From Escherichia coli (GTDB taxonomy: Bacteria > Pseudomonadota > Gammaproteobacteria > Enterobacterales > Enterobacteriaceae): a stretch of DNA of 64,000 nt. The notes below the pieces were generated by a model that worked only from the letters and a program-made list of their open reading frames with translations, did not search any database and was not told the origin of the DNA. Shown here in pieces: positions 40,825 through 51,385 of this stretch. Numbering within the stretch: position 1 is the stretch's first letter; each line of letters starts with the position of its first letter. The DNA lies in NCBI RefSeq assembly GCF_003334305.1, contig NZ_QOWS01000013.1; one strand, written 5' to 3'. A program made the position numbers and the translations under genes.

Positions 40825-40842
40825 AAGAGAAAGGATATTACA

Positions 40843-42978
40843 TTGCTTAATCCGATCGTTCGTAAATTCCAGTACGGCCAACACACCGTGACTCTGGAAA
40901 CCGGCATGATGGCTCGTCAGGCTACTGCCGCTGTTATGGTTAGCATGGATGACACCGCGGTATTTGTTACCGTTGTTGGCCAGAAAAAAGCCAAACCAGG
41001 TCAGGACTTCTTCCCACTGACCGTTAACTATCAGGAGCGTACTTACGCTGCTGGTCGTATCCCGGGTAGCTTCTTCCGTCGTGAAGGCCGCCCAAGCGAA
41101 GGCGAAACCCTGATCGCGCGTCTGATTGACCGCCCGATTCGCCCGCTGTTCCCGGAAGGCTTCGTCAACGAAGTTCAGGTTATCGCCACCGTGGTTTCTG
41201 TTAACCCGCAAGTTAACCCGGATATCGTCGCGATGATTGGTGCTTCCGCAGCACTGTCTCTGTCTGGTATTCCGTTCAATGGTCCGATTGGTGCTGCTCG
41301 CGTAGGTTACATCAATGACCAGTACGTACTGAACCCGACTCAGGACGAGCTGAAAGAGAGCAAACTGGATCTGGTTGTTGCCGGTACTGAAGCCGCTGTT
41401 CTGATGGTTGAATCTGAAGCTGAACTGCTGAGCGAAGACCAGATGCTGGGCGCAGTAGTGTTCGGTCATGAACAACAGCAGGTTGTTATTCAGAACATCA
41501 ATGAACTGGTGAAAGAAGCCGGTAAACCACGTTGGGACTGGCAGCCGGAGCCGGTAAACGAAGCGCTGAACGCGCGCGTTGCTGCACTGGCTGAAGCTCG
41601 CCTGAGCGATGCTTACCGCATCACCGACAAACAAGAGCGTTATGCGCAGGTTGATGTCATCAAATCTGAAACCATCGCGACGCTGCTTGCTGAAGACGAA
41701 ACCCTGGACGAAAACGAACTGGGTGAAATTCTGCACGCTATCGAGAAAAACGTTGTTCGTAGCCGCGTACTGGCAGGCGAACCGCGTATCGACGGTCGTG
41801 AAAAAGATATGATCCGTGGTCTGGATGTGCGTACTGGCGTGCTGCCGCGTACTCACGGTTCTGCGCTGTTCACCCGCGGTGAAACGCAGGCACTGGTTAC
41901 TGCAACGCTGGGTACCGCTCGTGACGCGCAGGTTCTTGATGAACTGATGGGCGAACGTACCGATACCTTCCTGTTCCACTACAACTTCCCTCCGTACTCC
42001 GTAGGCGAAACCGGCATGGTCGGTTCTCCGAAGCGTCGTGAAATTGGTCACGGTCGTCTGGCGAAGCGCGGCGTGCTGGCAGTCATGCCGGATATGGACA
42101 AATTCCCGTACACCGTACGTGTAGTGTCTGAAATCACCGAATCCAACGGTTCTTCTTCTATGGCTTCCGTGTGCGGCGCGTCTCTGGCGCTGATGGACGC
42201 AGGTGTGCCAATCAAAGCTGCCGTTGCGGGTATCGCAATGGGTCTGGTGAAAGAAGGCGACAACTACGTTGTACTGTCTGACATTTTGGGCGACGAAGAT
42301 CACCTGGGCGATATGGACTTCAAAGTTGCAGGTTCCCGCGACGGTATCTCTGCACTGCAGATGGATATCAAAATTGAAGGTATCACCAAAGAGATCATGC
42401 AGGTTGCGCTGAACCAGGCTAAAGGTGCGCGTCTGCATATCCTGGGCGTAATGGAACAGGCGATCAACGCGCCGCGTGGCGATATCTCTGAGTTCGCACC
42501 GCGTATCCATACCATCAAGATCAACCCGGATAAGATCAAAGACGTTATCGGTAAAGGCGGCTCTGTTATCCGTGCCCTGACCGAAGAAACTGGCACTACC
42601 ATCGAAATCGAAGATGACGGTACTGTGAAGATCGCAGCGACCGACGGCGAGAAAGCGAAACATGCTATTCGTCGTATCGAAGAGATCACTGCAGAAATCG
42701 AAGTGGGCCGCGTCTACACTGGTAAAGTGACCCGTATCGTTGACTTTGGCGCATTTGTTGCCATCGGCGGCGGTAAAGAAGGTCTGGTCCACATCTCTCA
42801 AATCGCTGACAAACGCGTTGAGAAAGTGACCGATTACCTGCAGATGGGTCAGGAAGTACCGGTGAAAGTTCTGGAAGTTGATCGCCAGGGCCGTATCCGT
42901 CTGAGCATTAAAGAAGCGACTGAGCAGTCTCAACCTGCTGCAGCACCGGAAGCTCCGGCTGCTGAACAGGGCGAGTAA
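40843..42978 (+). CDS. pnp: Polynucleotide phosphorylase PNPase, 711 aa, UUG start
   Basis: Translation (M)[20 protein letters not shown] from TTG at 40843; two RNase PH domains, KH and S1; ORF-track start at 40756 is an upstream extension. Confidence 0.95.
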
Positions 42979-43087
42979 GGTTGCCATTTGCCCTCCGCTG
43001 CGGCGGGGGGCTTTTAACCGGGCAGGACGCCTTGTTGAGCCGCCGGGAACAGGACGTTCATTCAACCGTGGTCTTCGGGAGTGGGAA

Positions 43088-43972
43088 ATGAAGCCTTTTT
43101 TGCGCTGGTGTTTCGTTGCGACAGCACTTACGCTTGCAGGATGCAGTAATACTTCCTGGCGTAAAAGTGAAGTCCTCGCGGTACCATTGCAACCGACTTT
43201 ACAGCAGGAAGTGATTCTGGCACGTATGGAACAAATCCTTGCCAGTCGGGCTTTAACCGATGACGAACGCGCACAGCTTTTATATGAGCGCGGAGTGTTG
43301 TATGATAGTCTCGGTCTGAGGGCATTAGCGCGTAACGATTTTTCGCAAGCGCTGGCAATCCGACCGGATATGCCTGAAGTATTCAATTACTTAGGCATAT
43401 ATTTAACGCAGGCAGGCAATTTTGATGCTGCCTATGAAGCGTTTGATTCTGTACTTGAGCTTGATCCAACTTACAACTACGCGCACTTGAATCGCGGGAT
43501 CGCATTATATTACGGCGGTCGTGACAAGTTAGCGCAAGATGATCTGCTGGCGTTTTATCAAGACGATCCCAATGATCCTTTCCGTAGTCTGTGGCTTTAT
43601 CTCGCCGAGCAGAAGCTCGATGAGAAGCAGGCTAAAGAAGTGTTGAAACAGCACTTCGAAAAATCGGATAAGGAACAGTGGGGATGGAACATTGTCGAGT
43701 TCTACCTGGGCAACATTAGCGAACAAACGTTAATGGAAAGGCTCAAGGCGGACGCAACGGATAACACCTCGCTCGCTGAGCATCTCAGTGAAACCAACTT
43801 CTATTTAGGTAAGTACTACCTAAGTCTGGGGGATTTGGACAGCGCCACGGCACTGTTCAAACTGGCGGTTGCCAACAACGTTCATAACTTTGTTGAGCAC
43901 CGATACGCATTGTTGGAATTATCGCTCCTGGGCCAGGACCAAGATGACCTGGCAGAATCGGACCAGCAATAG
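43088..43972 (+). CDS. nlpI: TPR-repeat outer-membrane lipoprotein NlpI, 294 aa
   Basis: Lipobox LTLAGCSN and TPR repeats in the translation. Confidence 0.96.
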
Positions 43973-44151
43973 CTGACGTACACATCAGCCCGTAATCTTT
44001 TTTGATTGCCATCACCTTAACGGGTGAGGGCGTTGTTGTTCGTTAATACACCTACTTTGAGCCGGTTCACACTTTTCAATGAAAATTGCTGATCAATTTC
44101 ATGATGAGTTATGTAGACTGGCCGCCATTAATTTTGAGGCACACGTACTAC

Positions 44152-46041
44152 ATGGCTGAATTCGAAACCACTTTTGCAGATCTGGGCCTGAAGGCTCCTA
44201 TCCTTGAAGCCCTTAACGATCTGGGTTACGAAAAACCATCTCCAATTCAGGCAGAGTGTATTCCACATCTGCTGAATGGCCGCGACGTTCTGGGTATGGC
44301 CCAGACGGGGAGCGGAAAAACTGCAGCATTCTCTTTACCTCTGTTGCAGAATCTTGATCCTGAGCTGAAAGCACCACAGATTCTGGTGCTGGCACCGACC
44401 CGCGAACTGGCGGTACAGGTTGCTGAAGCAATGACGGATTTCTCTAAACACATGCGCGGCGTAAATGTGGTTGCTCTGTACGGCGGCCAGCGTTATGACG
44501 TGCAATTACGCGCCCTGCGTCAGGGGCCGCAGATCGTTGTCGGTACTCCGGGCCGTCTGCTGGACCACCTGAAACGTGGCACTCTGGACCTCTCTAAACT
44601 GAGCGGTCTGGTTCTGGATGAAGCTGACGAAATGCTGCGCATGGGCTTCATCGAAGACGTTGAAACCATTATGGCGCAGATCCCGGAAGGTCATCAGACC
44701 GCTCTGTTCTCTGCAACCATGCCGGAAGCGATTCGTCGCATTACCCGCCGCTTTATGAAAGAGCCGCAGGAAGTGCGCATTCAGTCCAGCGTGACTACCC
44801 GTCCTGACATCAGCCAGAGCTACTGGACTGTCTGGGGTATGCGTAAAAACGAAGCACTGGTACGTTTCCTGGAAGCGGAAGATTTTGATGCGGCGATTAT
44901 CTTCGTTCGTACCAAAAATGCGACTCTGGAAGTGGCTGAAGCTCTTGAGCGTAACGGCTACAACAGTGCCGCGCTGAACGGTGACATGAACCAGGCGCTG
45001 CGTGAGCAGACACTGGAACGCCTGAAAGATGGTCGTCTGGACATCCTGATTGCGACCGACGTTGCAGCCCGTGGCCTGGACGTTGAGCGTATCAGCCTGG
45101 TGGTTAACTACGATATCCCGATGGATTCTGAGTCTTACGTTCACCGTATCGGTCGTACCGGTCGTGCGGGTCGTGCTGGCCGCGCGCTGCTGTTCGTTGA
45201 GAACCGCGAGCGTCGTCTGCTGCGCAACATTGAACGTACTATGAAGCTGACTATTCCGGAAGTAGAACTGCCGAACGCAGAACTGCTGGGCAAACGCCGT
45301 CTGGAAAAATTCGCCGCTAAAGTACAGCAGCAGCTGGAAAGCAGCGATCTGGATCAATACCGCGCACTGCTGAGCAAAATTCAGCCGACTGCAGAAGGTG
45401 AAGAGCAGGATCTCGAAACTCTGGCTGCGGCACTGCTGAAAATGGCACAGGGTGAACGTACTCTGATTGTTCCGCCAGATGCGCCGATGCGTCCGAAACG
45501 TGAATTCCGTGACCGTGATGACCGTGGTCCGCGCGATCGTAACGACCGTGGCCCACGTGGCGACCGTGAAGATCGTCCGCGTCGTGAACGTCGTGATGTT
45601 GGTGACATGCAGCTTTACCGCATTGAAGTGGGCCGCGATGATGGTGTTGAAGTTCGTCATATCGTTGGCGCGATTGCTAACGAAGGCGACATCAGCAGCC
45701 GTTACATCGGTAACATTAAGCTGTTTGCTTCTCACTCCACTATCGAACTGCCGAAAGGTATGCCGGGTGAAGTACTGCAACACTTTACGCGTACTCGCAT
45801 TCTGAACAAGCCGATGAATATGCAGTTGCTGGGCGATGCGCAGCCGCATACTGGCGGTGAGCGTCGTGGCGGTGGTCGTGGTTTCGGTGGCGAGCGTCGT
45901 GAAGGCGGTCGTAACTTCAGCGGTGAACGCCGTGAAGGTGGTCGTGGTGATGGTCGTCGTTTTAGCGGCGAACGTCGTGAAGGCCGCGCACCGCGTCGTG
46001 ATGACTCTACCGGTCGTCGTCGTTTCGGTGGCGATGCGTAA
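44152..46041 (+). CDS. deaD: Cold-shock DEAD-box RNA helicase DeaD (CsdA), 629 aa
   Basis: Motifs GSGKT, DEAD, SAT and [11 protein letters not shown]; Arg/Gly-rich repetitive C-terminus; start at the internal Met [13 protein letters not shown]. Confidence 0.95.
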
Positions 46042-46066
46042 TCATCGCTGAACAGCGAACACAGTC

Positions 46067-46084
46067 TGTAAAATAATATATACA
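46067..46084. promoter_or_regulatory. Putative TyrR box (TGTAAA-N6-TATACA) upstream of mtr
   Basis: TGTAAAataataTATACA resembles the TyrR box consensus TGTAAA-N6-TTTACA. Confidence 0.35.
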
Positions 46085-46115
46085 GCCCCGATTTGAACCA
46101 TCGGGGCTTTTTTTC
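46083..46115 (+). terminator. deaD rho-independent terminator
   Basis: Hairpin CAGCCCCGATTTGAACCATCGGGGCT followed by T7. Confidence 0.75.
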
Positions 46116-46123
46116 TGTCTTTT

Positions 46124-46141
46124 GTACTCGTGTACTGGTAC
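46124..46141. promoter_or_regulatory. Putative TrpR operator in the mtr promoter
   Basis: GTACTCGTGTACTGGTAC resembles the Trp operator palindrome (GTACTAGTTAACTAGTAC). Confidence 0.45.
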
Positions 46142-46194
46142 AGTGCAATACATAACAACGCAGTCGCACTATTTTTCACTGGAGAGAAGCCCTC

Positions 46195-47439
46195 ATGGCA
46201 ACACTAACCACCACCCAAACGTCACCGTCGCTGCTTGGCGGCGTGGTGATTATCGGCGGCACCATTATTGGCGCAGGGATGTTTTCTCTGCCAGTGGTCA
46301 TGTCCGGGGCGTGGTTCTTCTGGTCAATGGCGGCGCTGATCTTCACCTGGTTCTGTATGCTGCATTCCGGCTTGATGATTCTGGAAGCTAACCTGAATTA
46401 CCGAATCGGTTCGAGTTTTGACACTATCACCAAAGATTTGCTGGGCAAAGGCTGGAACGTGGTCAACGGCATTTCCATTGCCTTTGTGCTCTATATCCTG
46501 ACCTATGCCTATATTTCTGCCAGTGGTTCAATTCTGCATCACACCTTCGCAGAGATGTCGCTAAACGTCCCGGCACGGGCGGCGGGTTTTGGTTTTGCAC
46601 TGCTGGTAGCGTTTGTGGTGTGGTTGAGTACTAAGGCCGTCAGCCGCATGACGGCGATTGTGCTGGGGGCGAAAGTCATTACCTTCTTCCTCACCTTTGG
46701 CAGCCTGTTGGGGCATGTGCAGCCTGCGACATTGTTCAACGTTGCAGAAAGCAATGCATCTTATGCGCCGTATCTGCTGATGACATTGCCGTTCTGCCTG
46801 GCGTCGTTTGGTTATCACGGTAACGTGCCAAGCCTGATGAAGTATTACGGCAAAGATCCGAAAACCATCGTGAAATGCCTGGTGTACGGTACGCTGATGG
46901 CACTGGCGCTGTATACCATCTGGTTGCTGGCGACGATGGGTAACATCCCGCGTCCGGAGTTTATCGGTATTGCAGAGAAGGGCGGTAATATTGATGTGCT
47001 GGTACAGGCATTAAGCGGCGTGCTGAACAGCCGTAGCCTGGACCTTCTGCTGGTCGTGTTCTCAAACTTTGCGGTAGCGAGTTCGTTCCTTGGCGTAACG
47101 CTGGGTTTGTTTGACTATCTGGCAGATCTGTTTGGTTTCGATGACTCAGCCCTGGGGCGCTTGAAAACGGCATTGCTGACCTTTGCCCCGCCTGTTGTGG
47201 GTGGTCTACTGTTCCCGAACGGATTCCTGTACGCCATTGGTTATGCTGGTTTAGCAGCTACCATCTGGGCGGCAATTGTTCCGGCGCTGTTAGCCCGCGC
47301 ATCGCGTAAACGCTTTGGCAGCCCGAAATTCCGCGTCTGGGGCGGCAAGCCGATGATTACGCTGATTCTGGTGTTTGGCGTTGGCAACGCACTGGTCCAT
47401 ATTTTATCGAGCTTTAATTTACTGCCGGTGTATCAGTAA
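46195..47439 (+). CDS. mtr: Tryptophan-specific permease Mtr, 414 aa
   Basis: HAAAP-family polytopic membrane protein; translation [22 protein letters not shown]. Confidence 0.95.
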   Translation: MATLTTTQTSPSLLGGVVIIGGTIIGAGMFSLPVVMSGAWFFWSMAALIFTWFCMLHSGLMILEANLNYRIGSSFDTITKDLLGKGWNVVNGISIAFVLYILTYAYISASGSILHHTFAEMSLNVPARAAGFGFALLVAFVVWLSTKAVSRMTAIVLGAKVITFFLTFGSLLGHVQPATLFNVAESNASYAPYLLMTLPFCLASFGYHGNVPSLMKYYGKDPKTIVKCLVYGTLMALALYTIWLLATMGNIPRPEFIGIAEKGGNIDVLVQALSGVLNSRSLDLLLVVFSNFAVASSFLGVTLGLFDYLADLFGFDDSALGRLKTALLTFAPPVVGGLLFPNGFLYAIGYAGLAATIWAAIVPALLARASRKRFGSPKFRVWGGKPMITLILVFGVGNALVHILSSFNLLPVYQ

Positions 47440-47444
47440 TCAGC

Positions 47445-47545
47445 GGTGCCTTATCCGACATTTCTGCTGCCTACACAATGCCTGATGCGCTTCGCTTATC
47501 AGGTCTACGTAGGACAGCGTTGCCAGCTCGGATAAGGCTTCCCGC
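47445..47545. repeat. REP/BIME palindromic elements between mtr and yhbW
   Basis: TGCCTGATGCGCTTCGCTTATCAGGTCTAC and GCCTTATCCGAC...CGGATAAGGC REP-type palindromes. Confidence 0.6.
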
Positions 47546-47556
47546 GTTAAGACACA

Positions 47557-48564
47557 CTATCCCAACAACTCTTCCTTAACATCCATCGCCAGCTCAAACG
47601 AATGCAGCCGCGCCTGGTGGTCGAAAATCTGCCCGTTGACCATAATCTCATCGGCGTCGGTTTCGCGCAGGATCGACTGCAAGCCATGACGCACTTTCGC
47701 TTTATCACCTACCAACGACATACTCAGCGCCTGCTGCACACCATACTGTTCGGACGGCGACCAGAACTGATCCATATTTTGAATCGGTGGCGGCAGTTGC
47801 CCGGTTTCGCCACGGCGCAACTTCACAAAGGCTTGCTGCATTGAGGTAAACAGAAACTCAGCGTCGCGGTTGCTATCGGCGGCGATAATATTGATGCACA
47901 CCATCGCGTATGGTTTTTCCAGTCGTGCCGACGGTTTGAAGTTGCTGCGATAAAGATGCAGCGCCTGGAACAACATATCCGGCGCGAAGTGTGAGGCAAA
48001 CGCGAACGGCAGACCAAGCTGCGCCGCCAGTTGCGCGCTGTAAAGGCTGGAGCCTAACAACCACACGGGGATTTTCTCGCCATAGCCTGGTACCGGGCGC
48101 ACATGCGGATTGGGATCGCGGGCGTCAAACCAGTCCACCAGCTCCGCGACATCGCGGGGGAAATTATCAATATCGCCGCTCATATGGCGACGCAGCGCCA
48201 TCATTGTCCGTTGGTCACTACCTGGCGCACGACCCAGCCCCAAATCGATTCGCCCCGGATAGAGTGTATTGAGCGTGCCGAACTGTTCGGCAATGACCAA
48301 CGGTGAGTGGTTAGGCAACATCACGCCGCCAGACCCCAGATGCAGCGTGGTGGTATTCGCCGCCAGATAGCCAATCAATACCGACGTGGCAGCACTGGCA
48401 ATGCCAGTCATATTGTGGTGTTCTGCCAGCCAGTAGCGATGATAGCCGCGCTTTTCAGCCAGACGGGCGAGATCGAGAGAGTGGGAGAATGCTTCTCGCG
48501 CTGAAGAACCTTCGGGAATGGGGGCCAGATCGAGTAGCGAAAACGCAATGGTTTTATCAGTCAT
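47557..48564 (-). CDS. yhbW: Luciferase-like flavin-dependent monooxygenase-family protein YhbW, 335 aa
   Basis: LLM-class oxidoreductase-like translation [19 protein letters not shown]. Confidence 0.9.
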   Translation of the reverse strand: MTDKTIAFSLLDLAPIPEGSSAREAFSHSLDLARLAEKRGYHRYWLAEHHNMTGIASAATSVLIGYLAANTTTLHLGSGGVMLPNHSPLVIAEQFGTLNTLYPGRIDLGLGRAPGSDQRTMMALRRHMSGDIDNFPRDVAELVDWFDARDPNPHVRPVPGYGEKIPVWLLGSSLYSAQLAAQLGLPFAFASHFAPDMLFQALHLYRSNFKPSARLEKPYAMVCINIIAADSNRDAEFLFTSMQQAFVKLRRGETGQLPPPIQNMDQFWSPSEQYGVQQALSMSLVGDKAKVRHGLQSILRETDADEIMVNGQIFDHQARLHSFELAMDVKEELLG

Positions 48565-48769
48565 AACAGCTCACTTTGTTACCGATTAATCTTTAATACT
48601 GCATTAAAGAGTAGTTAAAGTTGTTAACAAAGTGAGCTGTGCTCTAAATAATTCGAGTTGCAGGAAGGCGACAAGAGAGTGAATCCCCAGGAGCTTACAT
48701 AAGTAAGTGACTGGGGTGAACGAATGCAGATGCAGCACATGCAACTTGAAGTATGACGAGCATATTTAC

Positions 48770-49648
48770 TTAGGCTTGCAGCTCCAGTCCTGCCAGCCGC
48801 CGCCAGTAGCCGTTACAGTCGCTGTTTGCCGTCAACAATAGTGGCGCAGCGCCATTTTCATTAGCGCGGAAGGCGTCGAGCATCGCGAAAGTGTCAGTAC
48901 CCTGCGGTGACAGGCGGACCACATCAACCAGCCCCTGCATGGATGCCAGCTCGTTACCGAGGTTGTAAACGTAGCCGCTCATGGTCTGAATGCCATTGAG
49001 TACAAACACTTGTTGGTTTTCCTGCGACAGCACGTTGCGCCCGTTCGGATACTTAATGCAGCAGGTTTCACACTCATCTTTCGGGCGGTCTTCCGAACGC
49101 GCGGTAAAGCAGCGGGCGGAGTAGGCCAGCGGTAGATGACCGTAGCTCAGGACTTCCACTTCAAACTGGTTGCGAATGCCCAGCTCATCGCACTGATTAA
49201 GCAGATTCACCAGCCAGTCGCGGGAAAGCTCCACCGGCATACACCAGCGCATCATGCCCTGTTTGAGCAATATTTTCAGCGTCACCGCGTTGTAGCAGTT
49301 CAGCGCGTGCCCGGCGACGAACGGCAGTTTGCGTTCAGCGCACATATTCACCACGCCGAGATCGCTGGCTTCAATCAGAAACTCACCGTTCTCAACATAG
49401 CGTTTCAGTTCGCCCAGTTCAGAGGATGCCTGCACCAGCGCCAGCGTGGAGAGCACAATCTGCTTGCCACTTCCGGCGAGCGATTTTGCCATCTCCAGCC
49501 AGTCGCCAACTTTGGTTGCCCGGCGCTTGCTGCATACCGCTTCACCAAGATAAATCACGTCGGCGCTGCTGGTGGCGGCCTGCTGATAAAAATCTTCCAG
49601 CGTCTCTTTTGGCCAGTACCACAGCACTGGCCCTAAGGAATATTTCAT
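48770..49648 (-). CDS. ubiV: U32-family protein UbiV (YhbV), O2-independent ubiquinone biosynthesis, 292 aa
   Basis: Start at the internal Met MKYSLGPVLWYW; peptidase U32-family Cys motifs. Confidence 0.88.
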   Translation of the reverse strand: MKYSLGPVLWYWPKETLEDFYQQAATSSADVIYLGEAVCSKRRATKVGDWLEMAKSLAGSGKQIVLSTLALVQASSELGELKRYVENGEFLIEASDLGVVNMCAERKLPFVAGHALNCYNAVTLKILLKQGMMRWCMPVELSRDWLVNLLNQCDELGIRNQFEVEVLSYGHLPLAYSARCFTARSEDRPKDECETCCIKYPNGRNVLSQENQQVFVLNGIQTMSGYVYNLGNELASMQGLVDVVRLSPQGTDTFAMLDAFRANENGAAPLLLTANSDCNGYWRRLAGLELQA

Positions 49649-49656
49649 TGCTCTTC

Positions 49657-50652
49657 TCACTGCCATTTACGGTGATACGCGCCAAGGGTGGTCTGCGTGC
49701 CTTCGGACATCGACCCGAGCGTCTCCATCCACGCGCTTTGCGGTATGAAGTTTTGCGGATCGGCCTTACAACGGTCGATAGCCTGACGCCAGACTTTCGC
49801 CACCTGGCTGACATACGCCGGGCTACGCTGGCGGCCTTCAATTTTCACCGAAGCAATATTCGCCGCCATTAACTCCGGCAGCAGTTCCAGGGTATTGAGA
49901 CTGGTTGGTTCTTCCAGCGCGTGATAGCGCTCGCCGTCCACCAGATAACGCCCTTTACATAGCGTCGGATAACCTGCGTTTTCGCCGTCCTGATAACGGT
50001 CGATCAGCACTTCGTTCAGGCGGGATTCCAGCCCCTGCGGCGTTTGTTGCCAGCGCACGAAACGGGCCGGAGAACACGCGCCTACGGTGTTGGGCGACTC
50101 ACCCGTCAGATACGACGACAGATAGCAACGACCTTCCGACATAATGCACAGGCTGCCGAAAGCAAAGACTTCCAGTGGTACAGGTGTGACCCGTGCCAGT
50201 TGTTTCACCTGATGAATCGACAACACGCGCGGCAGCACCACGCGGGCAACGTCAAAATGGCGATGATAAAAGTTAATCGCCTCTTCATTGGTCGCCGAAG
50301 CCTGCACCGATACGTGGCGCTCAATATGCGGATAACGCTCGGCGGCGTATTCCAGCATGGCGAGGTCGGCGAGGATCAGCGCGTCGGCACCCAGCTGCGC
50401 CGCCATATCCACGGCGCGCTGCCAACGGGCGTAACCGTCCGGATGCGCAAAAGTGTTAATCGCGATGTGAAGTTTGCGGCGATGTTGATGGACAAAACTC
50501 ACCGCTTCCTGCAATTTTTTCTCGGTAAAGTTAAGGCCGGCGAAGTGACGGGCATTGGTATCATCTTTTAGCCCGATATAAACAGCATCTGCGCCGTTTT
50601 CGATGGCCGCCTTAAGCGCCGGGAGATTTCCGGCAGGGCAGAGCAGCTCCAT
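49657..50652 (-). CDS. ubiU: U32-family protein UbiU (YhbU), O2-independent ubiquinone biosynthesis, 331 aa
   Basis: Start at the internal Met MELLCPAGNLPALKAAIENG. Confidence 0.88.
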   Translation of the reverse strand: MELLCPAGNLPALKAAIENGADAVYIGLKDDTNARHFAGLNFTEKKLQEAVSFVHQHRRKLHIAINTFAHPDGYARWQRAVDMAAQLGADALILADLAMLEYAAERYPHIERHVSVQASATNEEAINFYHRHFDVARVVLPRVLSIHQVKQLARVTPVPLEVFAFGSLCIMSEGRCYLSSYLTGESPNTVGACSPARFVRWQQTPQGLESRLNEVLIDRYQDGENAGYPTLCKGRYLVDGERYHALEEPTSLNTLELLPELMAANIASVKIEGRQRSPAYVSQVAKVWRQAIDRCKADPQNFIPQSAWMETLGSMSEGTQTTLGAYHRKWQ

Positions 50653-50860
50653 AATTTTTCCTGAAGGTTGCGCTATCAAAACGCAAAAATGTTAACGAAC
50701 TGGGATTTTAGTTAACCTTGCTGCGACAATTTTTGATTTAAGGCAGTTAAAGTTGTATTGGTGGTAGCAGCAATTTCATATGGAATTGTTGATTTATACC
50801 GCTATGTTATTTTTCTGATATGGCAAAATAGGATGATTGTTGAAACAGGGAGTAAAACTC

Positions 50861-51385
50861 GTGTTGGATAAACTGCGTTCCCGTATTGTGCATTTGGGGC
50901 CATCTCTGTTGAGTGTACCGGTAAAACTGACGCCATTTGCGCTAAAACGCCAGGTTCTTGAGCAGGTCTTAAGCTGGCAATTCCGTCAGGCGCTGGATGA
51001 TGGTGAGCTGGAGTTTCTTGAAGGCCGCTGGTTAAGTATTCATGTGCGTGATATTGACCTGCAATGGTTTACCTCGGTGGTGAATGGCAAACTGGTGGTC
51101 AGCCAGAACGCGCAAGCTGATGTGAGTTTTAGTGCCGACGCCAGCGATCTGCTGATGATTGCGGCGCGTAAACAAGATCCGGATACGCTCTTCTTCCAGC
51201 GTCGGCTGGTGATTGAAGGCGATACGGAGCTGGGGCTGTATGTGAAAAACCTGATGGACGCCATTGAACTGGAGCAAATGCCGAAAGCCTTACGCATGAT
51301 GCTGCTGCAACTGGCGGATTTTGTTGAGGCGGGAATGAAAACCGCGCCTGAAACCAAACAGACATCGGTAGGTGAACCATGCTAA
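50861..51385 (+). CDS. ubiT: SCP2-domain lipid-binding protein UbiT (YhbT), 174 aa, GTG start
   Basis: Translation (M)LDKLRSRIVHLGPSLLSVPVK from GTG at 50861; divergent from ubiUV. Confidence 0.82.
   Translation: MLDKLRSRIVHLGPSLLSVPVKLTPFALKRQVLEQVLSWQFRQALDDGELEFLEGRWLSIHVRDIDLQWFTSVVNGKLVVSQNAQADVSFSADASDLLMIAARKQDPDTLFFQRRLVIEGDTELGLYVKNLMDAIELEQMPKALRMMLLQLADFVEAGMKTAPETKQTSVGEPC

Noticed and set aside
40756-40842. ORF-track 5' extensions of pnp, and likewise of folP (27036), deaD (44086), secG (29460), rplU (18684), mlaB (14807), yraK (61053), yrbL (3764) and others
   Set aside because: The extensions add residues absent from the known conserved N-termini and usually run across upstream terminators or neighbouring genes; internal starts give the canonical lengths.
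40819-43386. 855-aa minus-strand ORF spanning the whole of pnp and the start of nlpI
   Set aside because: Exactly antisense to the highly conserved pnp; translation is low-complexity (Arg/Ser/Thr/His-rich) with no recognisable domain; a stop-free shadow frame.
44506-45849. 447-aa minus-strand ORF antisense to deaD
   Set aside because: Shadow ORF opposite a conserved helicase; low-complexity translation.
45836-46051. Tandem approximately 36-bp repeats with short antisense and out-of-frame ORFs at the deaD 3' end
   Set aside because: They encode the DeaD RGG-like tail; the repeats are imperfect, in-frame and coding, so not CRISPR or a mobile element.
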